Assembly (NCBI RefSeq): GCF_020740795.1
Contig: NC_067310.1
Span: 429,940-493,939 of the forward strand
Direction: 5' to 3'
Length of the DNA stretch: 64,000 bases
From: Apus apus
Taxonomy: Eukaryota
Shown: in pieces, positions 22,451 through 34,609 of the stretch
Layout: each line of letters opens with the position of its first letter
Numbering within the stretch: position 1 is the first letter of the stretch
The notes under the pieces: model-generated
Seen by the model: only the letters and a program-made list of their open reading frames with translations
The model's database searches: none
What the model was told of the DNA's origin: nothing
Made by a program: the position numbers and the translations under genes

Positions 22451-23469
22451 GGAGGTTGAGGGGGGCCGTGGGAATAGCCCTCCTGGGTGGGATGAGGCAC
22501 TTCTGCACCAACCCCCCATGCGCAAGGAGGTGTGTGCGTGTGCCCAACGCACAAGAGGACGTGGGGGTGGGGCTGGAGGGGACACAGGGTGTGTGTGGGG
22601 GGCACTTTTACACCAACCGCCCCTCCCATGCACAAGTGTTTGGTGTCCCCTGTGTTCCCCCCTAAAAGACATGGGGACATGGGGGTGACGTGGGGAATAA
22701 CGACCTTAAAACCAGTAAGGTTATAAAGAAGGTATGTTTATTCAGCGCCGGGTGCACGGGGGATCGCTCTCCACAAACGTGCACACCCTGGAGCTGTTGG
22801 CAAGCTCATTATATACCACAAAGTAATACATATTCATCCCTGCTGTTGCATATACATTCGGTGTCCGAGGATAGGGAGGGGTTATTACAATTAGTTCCGG
22901 GAAATTATTATCACAGTTGCCACCCCGGACTCCTCCTTGCTGCATCTGCGCAGTGTCTCCTGGGGGTCGCGGGCGGGGGTCTTTGGGATGAAGGCCGTAT
23001 GTCTTCATCGCTGTGCACTTTTCACCTCTGGCATTCCTTTTTTTCCAATCTGGTTGATCTGCCGAGGTCTGCACGACCTTTCTGCTTTCGCAGCAAGCTC
23101 CTGTTCAAACATCCCCTCACACAATGCCCTCATTTACATTCCAAGCCTTATCTAAGCTAAACAATGCCATCTTGTTTACTCCTTATGTGCTAGTCCCTTT
23201 TATCAGGGGGCCCCCTGTGCCCCCTCCCACACACAAGGGGACATGTGCGAAACAGCACCCCTGTCCCCCCGTCACCCCCATACTGCGTCACTCCAGTCGG
23301 TCTCGTAGTGGGGGGCCCAGGAGGTGTCCGGAGTCTGGCGCCCTTCTTTTGTACAGTTAATTCCTGGGACACACCAGGTGGCCACCCAGTCACTGTCCCA
23401 CCTGTGCAGAGCGGTCGGGATCTCTCCTGCCCCCCCTTGGTCCAGTTATCCCTACAGACCTCCAGTCTG

Positions 23470-23700
23470 TTCTGCCAAGCTGTGTTTGACATGGAGCACT
23501 GTGCTGGAGAGCAGAGCTGGAGAGGTGAGAGGCAGAGCTGGGGTGAAATCCTGGTGATTGGTGAGGAAGAAGGGGAAGAAGGTGCCCAAACATAAGTTTC
23601 CTTGCAACCCGTGGCGAGATGGCAGCTGTGCCCCTTCACTCATGGAGGAACGTGGTGGGACATTCCCTGGGGACACCAGGAGGGGTGAACTTGGCCGGTG
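23470..23700 (+). repeat. Unclassified interspersed repeat; the second copy is at 46830-47040
   Basis: The shared core is gagctggagaggtgagaggcagagctg...gaagaaggggaag..gtgcccaa.c..aagtttccttgcaaccc.tggcgagatggcagctgtgcccct.cactcatggaggaacgtggtgggacattccctggggg...gtgaacttgg. Confidence 0.65.
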
Positions 23701-24012
23701 GCCTCGGATGATGCAGCTGCGGGAGCCCCCGGGCCAGGGGAGGTGCCTGTTCCCGAAGCCCCCGTGACTCTGGGCAGCGCTGGAGCAGCTCGCCACGATC
23801 CCGGCAGAGCCCATTATTCGGACTGTGCTGTGGTGGAGCTAAAATGGACTGTCGTAAGATAACTGAGACACTCCCCTTTAATCAGGTTTTCTGACACCAG
23901 CCCAATCACAACCATGGGATTCCTGCCCTTCCAGCGACACAAACAGAGCAATGACGACCGGAGCGATCACGTGGGCTCGCTCCAAACCGGAGCGGACGCG
24001 GACGTGCCGGGC

Positions 24013-24096
24013 GGTGCGGGCGGAGCCCCTCGCGGTGCGGGCGGAGCCCCTCGCGGTGCGGGCGGAGCCCCTCGCGGTGCGGGCGGAGCCGCTGAC
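24013..24096. repeat. 21-bp minisatellite (ggtgcgggcggagcccctcgc), four copies
   Basis: Direct reading. It is translated as (SARTARG)n in minus-strand ORF 23878-24114. Confidence 0.9.
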
Positions 24097-24199
24097 GCCG
24101 CGCGCCGAAACCAAAGCCTGGGTACCGTGATATATTTAAATAGTTGACACGGTTTATTTTAAATAAAATACACGAGAAAATATGCTCAGAATAGAGGGT

Positions 24200-24620
24200 T
24201 TAAAACGAGAGAGGAATTGAGAACGCAACTGTGGGAACGCGTGGGTTGTCCTGGCACGGTCCCGGCGGAGCTGGTACCCGAGCAGGAGAAGCGAAGGAGC
24301 TGAGGAGTCAGTGTCCGACGCACCCTCAGTGAGGCCTGACGCTGTGCGCGCTTGGAAGAGCCCCGCGTTTCTTCCCCCGGGGACAGAATCCCACAGAAAG
24401 CAAGTGTGAGACCGGAAAGGAGCCGCCGCCCGAGGCCCGGCGACCGAGGAGATCCCCGGGCGGCGGCGGCGGGTGGTGACGCGCGTCAGACGGGCAGGCG
24501 GCAGCGGCGGGTGCGGGAGGTGCGGGGAAGCGGGCGGGAGGTGCGGGGAAGTGGGTGGGAGGTGCGGGGAGGTGCGGGAGGTGTGGGGAAGCAGGCAGGC
24601 AAGCAGCAACTTGTGATGGT
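24200..24620. promoter_or_regulatory. CpG island containing a G-rich imperfect tandem repeat (gggaggtgcggggaag) at 24514-24600
   Basis: High CpG density. AATAAA-type signals on both strands at 24150-24170 suggest adjacent transcript ends. No gene could be assigned. Confidence 0.35.
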
Positions 24621-24999
24621 AGATGCTTGTAGGGGATGTTCCTGCAGTGAACAGGAGGACGTGAACACCAGAGAACTGCTGCTGTCTCTGCTGGGTTTAT
24701 GGCACAGAAGGTTCCTGGTCCCCTCGTAAGATTTTACAGCAAAGCTCTTTATTCAGAGATCATCAAAGAGCATCGTCTTGTGGGGAAGGCAGGAGAGAGG
24801 CACTTCTAGGGGATCAAATTGACCTTCTGCTGGCCGGTGCCATTACGTTTTCTTGGGGACAGGAGCACTTCCTGCTGAAGGCAGAGCTGAAAACTGTTTT
24901 ATCAGCAAACGGGATCCCAGCGTGGCAGGGGCTGGAGATCATCTAGTCCAACAGCTCTGACAGAGTAGGTTCTCCCAGAGAAACAGGAGGGTCCCAGGT

Positions 25000-26420
25000 G
25001 GAACAGGATCGGGTCCAGGTGGGCTTTGAATATCTCCAGAGGAGACTCCACAACCTCACCAGTCTGTCTCAGGGCTGTCACCCTCACAGGAAAGTTCTTC
25101 CTCATGTTCAGGTGGAGCTTCCTGTGTTCCAGTTTGTGCCTGTTGCCCATCATCCTGCTGGTGCCTCTTGCTCAGGCACCATGGAGAGGAGCCTGGCCCA
25201 ATTCTCCTGACACACCCCTGGAGATATTGATAAGCACTCATAAGATCCCCCCTCAGTCTTTTCTCCAGGCTGAGCAGCCCCATGTTTCTCCTAAGAGAGA
25301 TGCTCTAGTCCCCTCCTCATCCTCGTAGCCCTCTGCCAGGCTCTCTCCAGTAGCTCCTAATCTGTCTTGTACTGGGGAGCCCAGAACTGGCTACAGTATT
25401 CCAGATGTGGCCTCACCAGAGGAGAGTAGAGGGGTGGAAAACCTCCCTCGACCTGCTGGACACACGTCTTCATGCACCCCAGGAAGCCATTGGCCACCTT
25501 GGCCACCAGGGCACATAACTGGCTCATGGATAACTTGGTGTTCATTAGGACTCCTAAGGTCTTTCTCCACAGAGCTGCTCTCCAGCAGGTCAGCCCCCAG
25601 CCTGTGATGATTCAGGGGGTTGTTCCTTCTCAGGTGCAGGACCCCACACTTCCCCACATTGCACCTCATGAGGTTCTTCTATGCCCAAGTCTCCAGCCTG
25701 TCCAGGTCACCCTGGATGGCAGCACAGCCCTCTGGGGTTTCACCACCCCTCCCAGTTTGGTGTCACCAGTGAACCTGCTGAGAGGACACTGTCCCTTCAT
25801 CCAGGTCACTGATGAAGATGTTGACAGGACAGGACCCAGCACTGACACCGAGGGACACCACTGGCTACAGGCCTCTGGCTGGGTCCCATGCTACAGCTCA
25901 GAGCTCTGCCACCAGCCAGTCTTCAGCCCACCTCCCTGTCCACTCCAGAGTCTAGAAGCAAACCAGTAATTCCTGGCACTACAGGTGCCAGGGAAACCAC
26001 CCCAGTGTGTGGTGCCAGGCAAGATGAGGTTCTGTTTCCTCAGCTGTAGTGTCATCTTCAACCCTGCAGACTTTCTCCTCCTGACAAAAGCTTCACCCCA
26101 TGCAAATGAAACCTTGGATGGCTTTTGGAGGTGAACACAAACTTCTCCCAGGTGGTTCCATTTCACTGGAAGAAGGCACTGGAACTGGTTGCCCAGAGAG
26201 GTTGTGGCTGCCCCATCCCTGGAGATGTTCAAGGCCAGATTGGATGACGTTTGTGCAACTTGGTCTGGTGGGAGGTGTCCCTGCTTATAGCAGGGAGGTT
26301 GGAACCTGATGATCTTCAAGGCCAGATTGGATGAGGTTTGTGTAACTTGGTCTGGTGGGAGGTGTCCCTGCTTATAGCAGGGAGGTTGGAACCTGATGAT
26401 CTTCAAGGCCCCTTCCAGCC
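25000..26420 (-). mobile_element. CR1 LINE, about 1.4 kb (RT C-terminal part)
   Basis: Minus-strand ORFs MGLLSLEKRLRGDLMSAYQYLQGC... and ...GKCGVLHLRRNNPLNHHRLGADLLESSSVEKDLRS.. match the CR1 ORF2 consensus. Confidence 0.75.
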
Positions 26421-26559
26421 TTCACCATCCTGCGATTTTCTGACTCTGAGTCCTTTATGCAAATGTGTTTTGATGGTAGGTCATGGGGTGTGCTTCAAAA
26501 GAGAATGGAAGAAGTCCTGCATGAGCCCTGGATGCACATCATGCCACACACTTGGGTAC

Positions 26560-27000
26560 TTAATTCTTCCACTTCACGTTTGATGTCACTTTTCATGGAA
26601 TCAGACTGGTTTGGGTGGGAAGGAACCTTAAAACTCATTCAGTCCCAACCCCCCTCCATGAGGGGCTCCCACCAGCCCAGGTTGCTCCAAGCCCCATCCA
26701 ACCTGCCCTTCAACACTTCCAGGGATGGGGCAGCCACAGCTTCCCTGGGCAACCTGGGCCAGGGTCTCACCACCCTCACAGTGAGGAATTTCCTTCTAAT
26801 GTCCAACCTCAATCTCTTCTCTTCCAGTTTTCATCCATTCCCCCTTGTCCTATCACTGCCCTCTCTGGTGAAAAGTCCCTCCCCAGCTTTCCTGGGCTGG
26901 GGAAGGTGCTCTAAGGTTTCCCCAGACCCTTCTCCAGGCTGAACACCCTCAACTTTCTCATCTCAGCCTATCTCCAGAGCAGAGCTGCTCCATCTCCGTG
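26560..27000 (-). mobile_element. CR1 3' fragment
   Basis: The CR1 antisense-frame peptide is visible on the plus strand (..PPSMRGSHQPRLLQAPSNLPFNTSRDGAATASLGN..). Confidence 0.6.
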
Positions 27001-28009
27001 GCCTCCTCTGGTCTTTCCAGGAGCTCCATGTCCTTCTTATGTTGGGGGCTCCAAAACTGGACACAGCTTGTCTGCAGGTGTCTGCAGGACACCTCCTGTC
27101 CCACCACAGGGCTCCTAATCTTCACAAGCCTAGAGAAGCAGGAAGGAGCCCCAGTTACAGACTCACAGGGAGGCTCCTGCCAAGGCTGTCAGAAAAGCCT
27201 CGGCCCCACCATCTGGTTCCAATGCTTGTTGGGAAAAGACCTGTGGGATCATCCAGCCCAATTTTGAACCTCACTCTGACCATGATGAGGAAGTGCCAGT
27301 GTGGGATCCTGGGGTCTCAGTAGGTTGTGGGGAGGGAAGGACTAGGGGGCTTCAGGGAGGAATAAGGGGGAAATTGAGAGATCAAAAGGTTCTGTCATAA
27401 GGGAGAACTTGCTGGTTGGTTGGGCCATGCCCTGGTCTGTCCTGCCTGCCCATGGGGCCCCTTCAGCAGCGCCCGGAGCCAGCCCAGGGGTGTTGGGGGG
27501 GATTGGTCTGTGGGGAATGGAGGGAGGGAAATGGATGGGGAGAGGGGCTAGGGGCCCCCGGGGGCGCTGGGTCCAGCCTGACACCCCAGACAGGCCAGAG
27601 GCAAGTGCCCAGGGTTGGGCACGATGAAGTCACTACTGCCCAGTGACAAAACCAGGGGTCATTGTGCTGCTGTGACGTCGTGGGCCCCTCCCTGGGCTAC
27701 AGCCCTACCATCATTGTGACGTTACTTGTGCTGGGACTTGACAGCTGGTGACCTCACAGTTGCTGACACCAGCTGGGCTATGACAGCATCACCCGCCCCA
27801 CATTGCTACAACATCACAGCCTCCAGCCCCACAGATATGGGATGATCTCCTGGCTTAGCAGATGGCACTCGAGGCAGGCCCAGTGTCGTTGTGACATCCC
27901 AGCGTCCCACAAACAGCACTGCTGCCACCTGCTGCCTTTATTGGGCCGATTCCAGAGATTCCAGCTGCTCTGGACATCAGGGAAGGAGGGCAGCAGGGCA
28001 CCAGGGTCC

Positions 28010-28146
28010 TCAGAGCGCAGGGCCCGGGGGGGTGGCATTGTCCAGGGCCGGGGCCAGTCCCAGCAGCCCCCGAGCAGTGGCGAAGAGGTTGAGGGGGGCG
28101 GCGCCGTCAGTGATGAGGGTGGATTGGAGCCCCAGGCCCTGCAGCA
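28010..28146 (-). CDS. MVP: MVP last coding exon ([47 protein letters not shown], stop TGA at 28012..28010). A minus-strand AATAAA lies near 27946-27951.
   Basis: Matches [32 protein letters not shown]... A stop codon is followed by a polyadenylation signal about 60 nt downstream. Confidence 0.8.
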
Positions 28147-28397
28147 GCTTCACCTGCGGGGACCGGGGCTCAGACAGGGCGAGCCCCGCCCCTCACAAGC
28201 CCCGCCCCCTCGCCAATCCCAGCCCCCACGACGAGCCCCTCCCCGCCCACCAAGCTCCGCCCCACGCCAGGGCCCCGCCCCCGCCGCCCAGAGGTGCCGT
28301 GGCCACCGCAGCCCCACCCAGCCCTGCCACGCCCCCAGCCGCGGCTCCACCCCCTCACAGGCGGCCACGCCTCCCGAGAGCCACCCCAGCCCGCACC

Positions 28398-28583
28398 TGC
28401 AGCTCGGGCCCGGCTCGGGCGATGTCCCGGATGGTCTCGGGCCCCAGGGCGGCCGCCACTTCCCGCACCCGCGAGGCCTCCACGTCCGCCAGCGCCTGCG
28501 CTCGCGCCGCCTCCGCCTCCGCCCGCGCCCGCTGCGCCCGCACCTCCTGCGCCTGCACCCGCTCCAGCCGCGCCAGCTCCGCC
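28398..28583 (-). CDS. MVP: MVP exon (EAELARLERVQAQEVRAQRARAEAEAARAQALADVEASRVREVAAALGPETIRDIARAGPELQ)
   Basis: Matches [63 protein letters not shown]. Confidence 0.85.
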
Positions 28584-28687
28584 TCCTGGGGGCGGGGGCA
28601 GCCTTAGGACACGCCCCCGCCCATAGCTCCGCCCCCTGAGGGCGGGGACAGCCCTCGGGCACGCCCCCAAGCCCCGCCCCGCACCGT

Positions 28688-28813
28688 CTCTATGGCGATG
28701 GCCTCGGCCTTCAGCTTGGCCTGCAGGATGGCCGCCTCCCCCTCGATGCGCGCAGCCTCGGCCCGGGCCTGCGCCTCCGCCCGCGCGGCCCCCGCGCTCT
28801 CCACGGCTGCGCT
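28688..28813 (-). CDS. MVP: MVP exon ([43 protein letters not shown])
   Basis: Matches [43 protein letters not shown]. Confidence 0.9.
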
Positions 28814-28892
28814 GCAGGGGAGAAACAGAGTCACGACCCTGGCCAGCCCGGGTGCCTCCGAGTGCACGCGGGGAAGATGGCCTACCTGAGGG

Positions 28893-29003
28893 CCTCCAGC
28901 TCCAGCAGCTCCCTGCGCGTCCGCTCAGCCTCCGCCTGGTCCAGCAGCCGCTGCCGCTCCAGGCGTCCCCTGGCCTCCTGTGCCAGCCGCTCCGCCTCGT
29001 GCC
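28893..29003 (-). CDS. MVP: MVP exon ([38 protein letters not shown])
   Basis: Matches [38 protein letters not shown]. Confidence 0.9.
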
Positions 29004-29049
29004 TGGGGACAGGGGGACGTTGTGGGGGTATGTGGACACCAGGGACGTG

Positions 29050-29290
29050 GGGCACGTAGTGACATGGGGCAGCAATCAGGCATTTTGAGGATATGGGTGA
29101 TGTAGGGGGCATGGGGAGAGTGGGGGACACGGTGTGGGGGACTAGGTAGGACGCAGGGGACATGGAGGGACATGGGGGTATGGCAGCATGGAGCTTTTGG
29201 GGAGACATAAGGAAACACTGGAGGGCATGGGGGACATGGAGAGACATTTGGGGACATGGAGATCCAGAAGGGCCTCCTGGGTGTTAGTGC
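29050..29290. repeat. Intronic GGGGACATGG-type tandem repeat (MVP intron)
   Basis: Reiterated ggggacatgg / gggcatgggg units. Confidence 0.7.
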
Positions 29291-29352
29291 TGATCTCACC
29301 CTCTAGCTGCAAGGGACATGGGGGACACAGGACGAAGCTGGTGGCATGTGAA

Positions 29353-29571
29353 GTGACCTGGCAGCAGCCTCCTGGGAGTTGGTGGCGATCTCAATGGCCA
29401 GCTGGACGCTGCGCTGCAGCGCGTCGCGGGTGCGCTGGTCCACGGGCTCCACACTCTGGATGTCGACACTGGTGACCACCAGCCCGTTGGGGGCGAAGCG
29501 GAGCTGCTCCCACAGCCGCCCGCCCTCGTCGAAGCCAAAGACAGCCGAGCAGATGAGACGGTTGGAGTTCT
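29353..29571 (-). CDS. MVP: MVP exon ([70 protein letters not shown])
   Basis: Matches NSARIIRTAVFGFE...[47 protein letters not shown]. Confidence 0.9.
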
Positions 29572-29847
29572 GGGGACAGCAGGGACACATGAGACACTCG
29601 GGGATAACGGCATCACCTGGAGACACCAGGAGTGGTGCTGGGGACACCAGAGAAGAGGGATCTCAGGGAACACGTGGGTTAAAGGCCAGCACGGATAAGC
29701 TGACGAAAAGTTCTTGGGACATCAGGGACCCGAGGCAACACGGAGAGAGACCCAAAGTGACCCAGGGCACCAGCGAGGGATGTGGAGGCAGTGGTGGCTG
29801 GACAGAGGGGATGCAGTGGGTAGAGGGACACCAAGGAGACCTTGTGA

Positions 29848-29980
29848 AAGTCATCAAAGGTGACAGCGGCCACGGCGCCGCGCACGCGGGAAGCCAGGGC
29901 CTTGCAGGCGTCACCCACGAAGTCCGGGACGCTGAAGAGACGCCCCAGGGCCTGGGGGTCCTCAGGGACCTCGAAATGCC
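29848..29980 (-). CDS. MVP: MVP exon ([46 protein letters not shown])
   Basis: Matches [48 protein letters not shown]. Confidence 0.9.
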
Positions 29981-30195
29981 TGGAGAAGGGGTAAGGGGGG
30001 GCTGCCCTCATGGCTGCCGGCCATGGCCGAGCCACCCCCCTGGCTCCTCCTCAGGACCAAGCCCCACCCTCTGGCTCTAAGCCCCGCCCCCTTGTCTAGC
30101 CCCGCCCATGTATCCCGACTCCACCCCCGCCCCACCCCCCACCTATCACTCAGGCCCCGCCTGCTCAGGCCCCGCCCCGAGGCCCCGCCCACCAG

Positions 30196-30392
30196 TTGTA
30201 GGCCAGCTGCAGCTGCAGCCGCGCGTGATCTGCAGTCTCGATGGTGACGATGTCGGCGCAGAAGTCGGGGCCCAGGCGCAAGCAGAGGCTGCGGCGGGCG
30301 TGGGGGCGCTTGGGGCGCCCAGCTGAGAGGGACAGGACTGTCAGCTGCTCCCCAGGGCCCAGCATCACCAGCTCGGGGCCCAGCACCACCCT
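30196..30392 (-). CDS. MVP: MVP exon ([66 protein letters not shown])
   Basis: Matches [66 protein letters not shown]. Confidence 0.9.
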
Positions 30393-30635
30393 GTGACAGG
30401 CAGACAGCATGTCAGGGGAAAGGGTGACAGCCCAAAGGGCCAAAACATGCCCAGAAGCCACCACACGCTGCTCCCAGCACTGTCACCTGCCCCCTTGGGG
30501 CCCGGAGCCACCCTGCTGGGACAAGGACATGCTGTGACATGTGGGTGCCCAACACCACCTTGGGACCTACCAAGGACACCATTCACATGCCAAGGATGAT
30601 GGTCACAATGCAAGGACACACCAAGGACAAGTCAC

Positions 30636-31110
30636 AGAATCACAGAGTGGGAGGGTCATAGTATGGCTAAGTGGGGAAGGAACCTGGGAACCTCTGGGAA
30701 CCTGGTCTAGTGGTAGGGGTCCCTGCTCATACCTGGGAGGTTGGAACTAGATAAACTTTAAGGTCCCTTCCAACCTTAATAATTCTATGATTCTATGATC
30801 TTGTCCAACCTCATGCTTCAGCTGGGCCACCCAGAGCTGGCTGCCCATCACTGTGTCTAGTTGGGTTCTGAGTACCTCCATGGATGGAGACTCCACCACA
30901 ACCCTGGGCAACCTGTGCCAGTGCTCGGTCACCCTCACAGTGAGAGTGTGTTCCCTGATGTCCAGAGGGAACCTCCTGTGCTCCAGTTTGTGCCTCTGCT
31001 CCTCTCCCTGGACACCTCCACTCTCTCTGCAGGTCCCTTCAGGTATCTGGAAACCTTAAGGAGGTCCCTCTGAGCCTTCTCTTCTCCAGGCTCAACAGTC
31101 CCAGCTCTCT
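30636..31110. mobile_element. CR1 fragments within an MVP intron (a plus-oriented 3' end at 30636-30800, then a minus-oriented fragment)
   Basis: CR1 terminal ..aggttggaactagataaactttaaggtcccttccaacc..attctatgattctatga at 30636-30800. The minus-strand ORF VTEHWHRLPRVVVESPSMEVL is CR1-like. Confidence 0.75.
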
Positions 31111-32979
31111 CAGCCCCTCCTCAGGTGTAAGGTGCTCCAGTGCCTCCATCATCTTCATGGCCCTTCATTGGCTTCTCCATGTCTCTTGTCCTGGGGAGCC
31201 CAGCACTGCAGGTGGGGCCTCCCCAGTGCTGAACAGAGGGAAGGGTCACCTTCCCAACCTGCTGGCAACGCTTCCCATTGGCCTTCTCTGCAACAGGAGC
31301 ACACTGCTGGCTCATGGTCAACCTGGTGTCCTTCAGGACCCCAAGGTCCTTTTCTGCATGTGCTGGTGCCTGGGGCTGCTCCTCCCCAGGAGCAGGAGGA
31401 TCAGCTCCCCTTGCTGATCTTCCTGAGGTTCCTGTCCACCTGTTTCTCCAGCCTGTCCAAGTCCTTTGGGGTGGCAGCAACACTCCGGCCTCTCAGCCAC
31501 CCCTCTCAGTTAGGTGTCATCTCCAGACTTGCTGGGAGGCCACTGCCCCATTGTCTGGCCACTGGACCAGCTTTCAGTCCACCTCTCCACTCATCCAGCC
31601 AGAGTTTATCAGCTTCTCCATAAGGATCTTGAGGGACACAGTATCAAAGAACTTCAAGGTCAGGTAGACAACAGCCACTGCTCTCCCCTCATCTGCAAAC
31701 CCAGCCATTTCACTGTAGAGTGGTTGGTCAAGCATGACTTCCCCTTGCTGGAGCCATGCTGACTACTTGTCCCTATTGCCTGGAAATGGCTTCCAGATTA
31801 GCTGCTCCACCACCTTCCCAGGGATCCAGGTGAGGCTGAGTGTCCTGTCCGGGGTCCTCCTTCTTGCCTTTCTGGAAGGTGGGAGTGACCTTTCCAGGCT
31901 TTCGACACTTTTCCCAGTTGCCATGATCCACCAAAGGTCATGGAGAGGCCACTCATCAGCCAAGTGCTCAGCCCCTTCAGCCCCAGCAGGGCTCATGGAT
32001 CTACACATTTGCTCAAGTATTTTTTACCTTCAACCTCCTCCACCAAGTGGTGTCTTCTGTGCTCGAGACCAGCCCTCTGGAGTTCACGAGCCCCGAGAGT
32101 GACTCACAGACTGAAGCCAAGGAGATGCTGTGACACAAGAGTTCTTGCATTGTCACTTGCTCCCTGGGGCCCTACGTGACCAACTCTATACCCAGCACCG
32201 CTCTGTGATGTGCCACAAACACAGGAAGGGCAGGACTCACATGCCAAGGAGACACCACTTCTCACACAGTCACCTGCACCCTGATGTTCAGCACCCTCCT
32301 CTGTGCCCTCCATCTCCATATCCTCCTCCCATGTACACCACACAGTATGTCCAGCATCCTGGCTTGTATCAGCACTGGTGTGTCCAGCAGGACCAGGGCA
32401 TGGATCGTCCTCCTGTGTTGGGCACTGGGGACACCTTGAATCCTGGGGCCAGTTCTGGGCCCCTCAAAACAAGGACATGGAGGGGCTGGAGCATGTCCAG
32501 GGAAGGGAAATGGAGCTGGGGAGGGGGCTGGAGCACAAGGAGAAGGGGCTGGAGAACTTGTGAGGAGCAGCTGAGGGACCTGGGGGTGTTGAGCTGGAGA
32601 GGAGGCTGAGGGGAGACCTTCTGGCTCTGCAGCTGCCTGAGAGGAGGTTGGAGCCAGGGGGGGTCAGGCTCTGCTCCCCAGGAACAAGTGATGGGACAAG
32701 AGGAACTGGCCTCAAGTTGCCCAGGGGATGCTGAGATTGGATCTTGGGAACATCTTCATGGAAAGGGTTGTCTGGCCCTGGCCCAGGCTGCCCAGGGCAG
32801 GGGGGGGAGTCTCCATCCCTGCAGGTATCTAAGAGCCGTGTAGATGGTGCTGAGGGACATAGCTCAGTGGTGGCCTTGGTAGAGTTGGGTTAGAGGTTGG
32901 ACTCGATGATGTCCAAGGCCTTTCATAACCCAAAGGGTTCTGGGACCTCCCTGGCCCTCCATCCCCTGCCCCCATGCTC

Positions 32980-33232
32980 ACCGTGCCCGTCGCTCCCGGT
33001 AGTCGTAGACCTGCACAGCTGCATTGTGGGGCACCTGGTAGGTGACGGCGCGGGTGCGGTCGCGCTGGGGGGGCCCAACGTGGGGGCTGGAGGAGCCCTG
33101 GAGCCCCGCGTCCACCCTGTGGGGGTCCCCACGGGCCTCAGCCAGCAGAGCCTCCACCCCGGGGGGTAGCTCCTTCTCCCACAGCTCCTCTGACTCCGTC
33201 AGCATGTAGGTCTGGCCAGTCACCACCCGTAC
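32980..33232 (-). CDS. MVP: MVP exon ([45 protein letters not shown]...[24 protein letters not shown])
   Basis: Matches [30 protein letters not shown]...[25 protein letters not shown]. Confidence 0.85.
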
Positions 33233-33279
33233 CTGCAGGCAGAGCCACCTCAGGGGGCTGCCAGGAACTGGGAGGAACT

Positions 33280-33960
33280 GGGAGCACTGGGGTGGGGAGT
33301 TGCAGGCACTGGGAGCAGCGATAGGGGGGACTGGGATGAGGTGGAGGGGTATTGGGGAACTGGGAGGGGGTTTGGAGGCACTGGGAGCAGGAATAGGGGG
33401 TACTGGGAGCAGGGATAGGGGATACTGCAAGCAGGGACAGGGGGGACTGAGAGGACTGGGACGAGATGGAGGCATACTGGGGCACTAGAAGGGAGTTTGA
33501 AGGCACTGGAAGGGATTTTGCAGGCACTGGGAGCAGGGATAGGGGGTACTGGGGGCACTGGGATGAGGTGGAGAGGTATTGGGGCACTGGGATGGAGGTT
33601 GGAGACACTGGGAGCAAGGATAGGGGGGACTGGGAGCACTGCGATGAGATACATGGGATACTGGGAGTACTGGGAGGCTGGGGGGGACACAGGGCTGGGG
33701 TAAATGGTTAGTGGGAGTACTGGGATGGGGCTGGGGGCACTGGGGATGTGTGGGAGGTTACATAGGCTATAGAGGGGCTATGGGGGGGCATGGGGCCTAT
33801 GTGGGGGCTTTAGGGGCTATGGAAGGGGCTTTGAGGAGGTTCTAGGGGCTATGGGGGGGCTATAGAGGGGCTATGGGGAACTTTGTGGAGCTGTGGGAGT
33901 CTATAGGGGATATAGGGGGGATACTGGAGGGCCACAGGGGCTATAGGGAGCTGGGGGGGC
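33280..33960. repeat. Intronic tandem repeats: about 40-bp units (GGCACTGGGAGCAGGGATAGGGGGTACTGGGA..) followed by GGGGCTATGGGGG-type units (MVP intron)
   Basis: Direct reading of the sequence. Confidence 0.8.
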
Positions 33961-33995
33961 TCTCAGGGCTGTGGGGGGGCTGTGGGGGTCACCTT

Positions 33996-34152
33996 GCCGG
34001 TGCGGATGTCCCGCACGTAGATGCCCTCGTTGTCCCCCAGGGCCACCGCCCGGCGCCGCTCCAGGACCCTCACCTCGGCGGGGGGCACGTACTCCAGGGG
34101 TCCCCGGGCCAGCCAGCGGTCCCCTGCCCGCCGTGTCACCTCTGTCCCCTTC
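33996..34152 (-). CDS. MVP: MVP exon ([54 protein letters not shown])
   Basis: Matches ..[48 protein letters not shown]. Confidence 0.85.
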
Positions 34153-34609
34153 TGGGATTGGGGGGGGGATGGCGTCAGACAGTGGCCTGGGGGTGCAGGG
34201 ACCTCCCCCCTGCCACCCCCTGGATGGGGACATGGCCAGTCCCTCTGTGGCCCTGATGACGTGGGGACAGGGACCCCTGCCCATTGTTCCCCAGCCTAGG
34301 GACACTGCAAAGGGGACTTCTGCCAACCCCCCCCGGCCTTGGGACACAGGGATGAGGACAGGAGTCCCCACCATGTGTCCCCTGGGACCTCCCTAGAGTC
34401 CCTCATGAACCCCAACTGTTCTCAGGTGCCCCAGCTGTCTCCCAGGCTGCTCAACCCCTCCTGGTTTCCCCCCACCCCAAGTTGTCTCCTTTGTCCCCCA
34501 ACCCACTCCTGGTTGCCCCAGTCATCCCAGGCTCCCTGGATACCCCTGCCCAGTTTCTCCCAGATGTTCCCAGGAAATCCTGGAACTCCAGGTGTCCCCC
34601 TGGGCCACC

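Noticed and set aside
21678-22688. Overlapping 336-aa (+) and 308-aa (-) ORFs in the 21.7-22.7 kb CpG island
   Set aside because: Open frames on both strands over the same interval with Pro/Gly/Arg-rich low-complexity translations are typical of about 75% GC sequence. No domain was recognised. It is kept only as a low-confidence CpG-island note.
28150-29075. Long ORFs of 170-300 aa on the plus strand and in alternative minus frames across 28.1-29.1 kb (poly-Ala/Gly/Pro/Arg peptides)
   Set aside because: They overlap the MVP C-terminal coiled-coil exons, whose GC-rich, Ala/Glu/Arg-encoding sequence is open in several frames. The MVP frame is the only one with homology.
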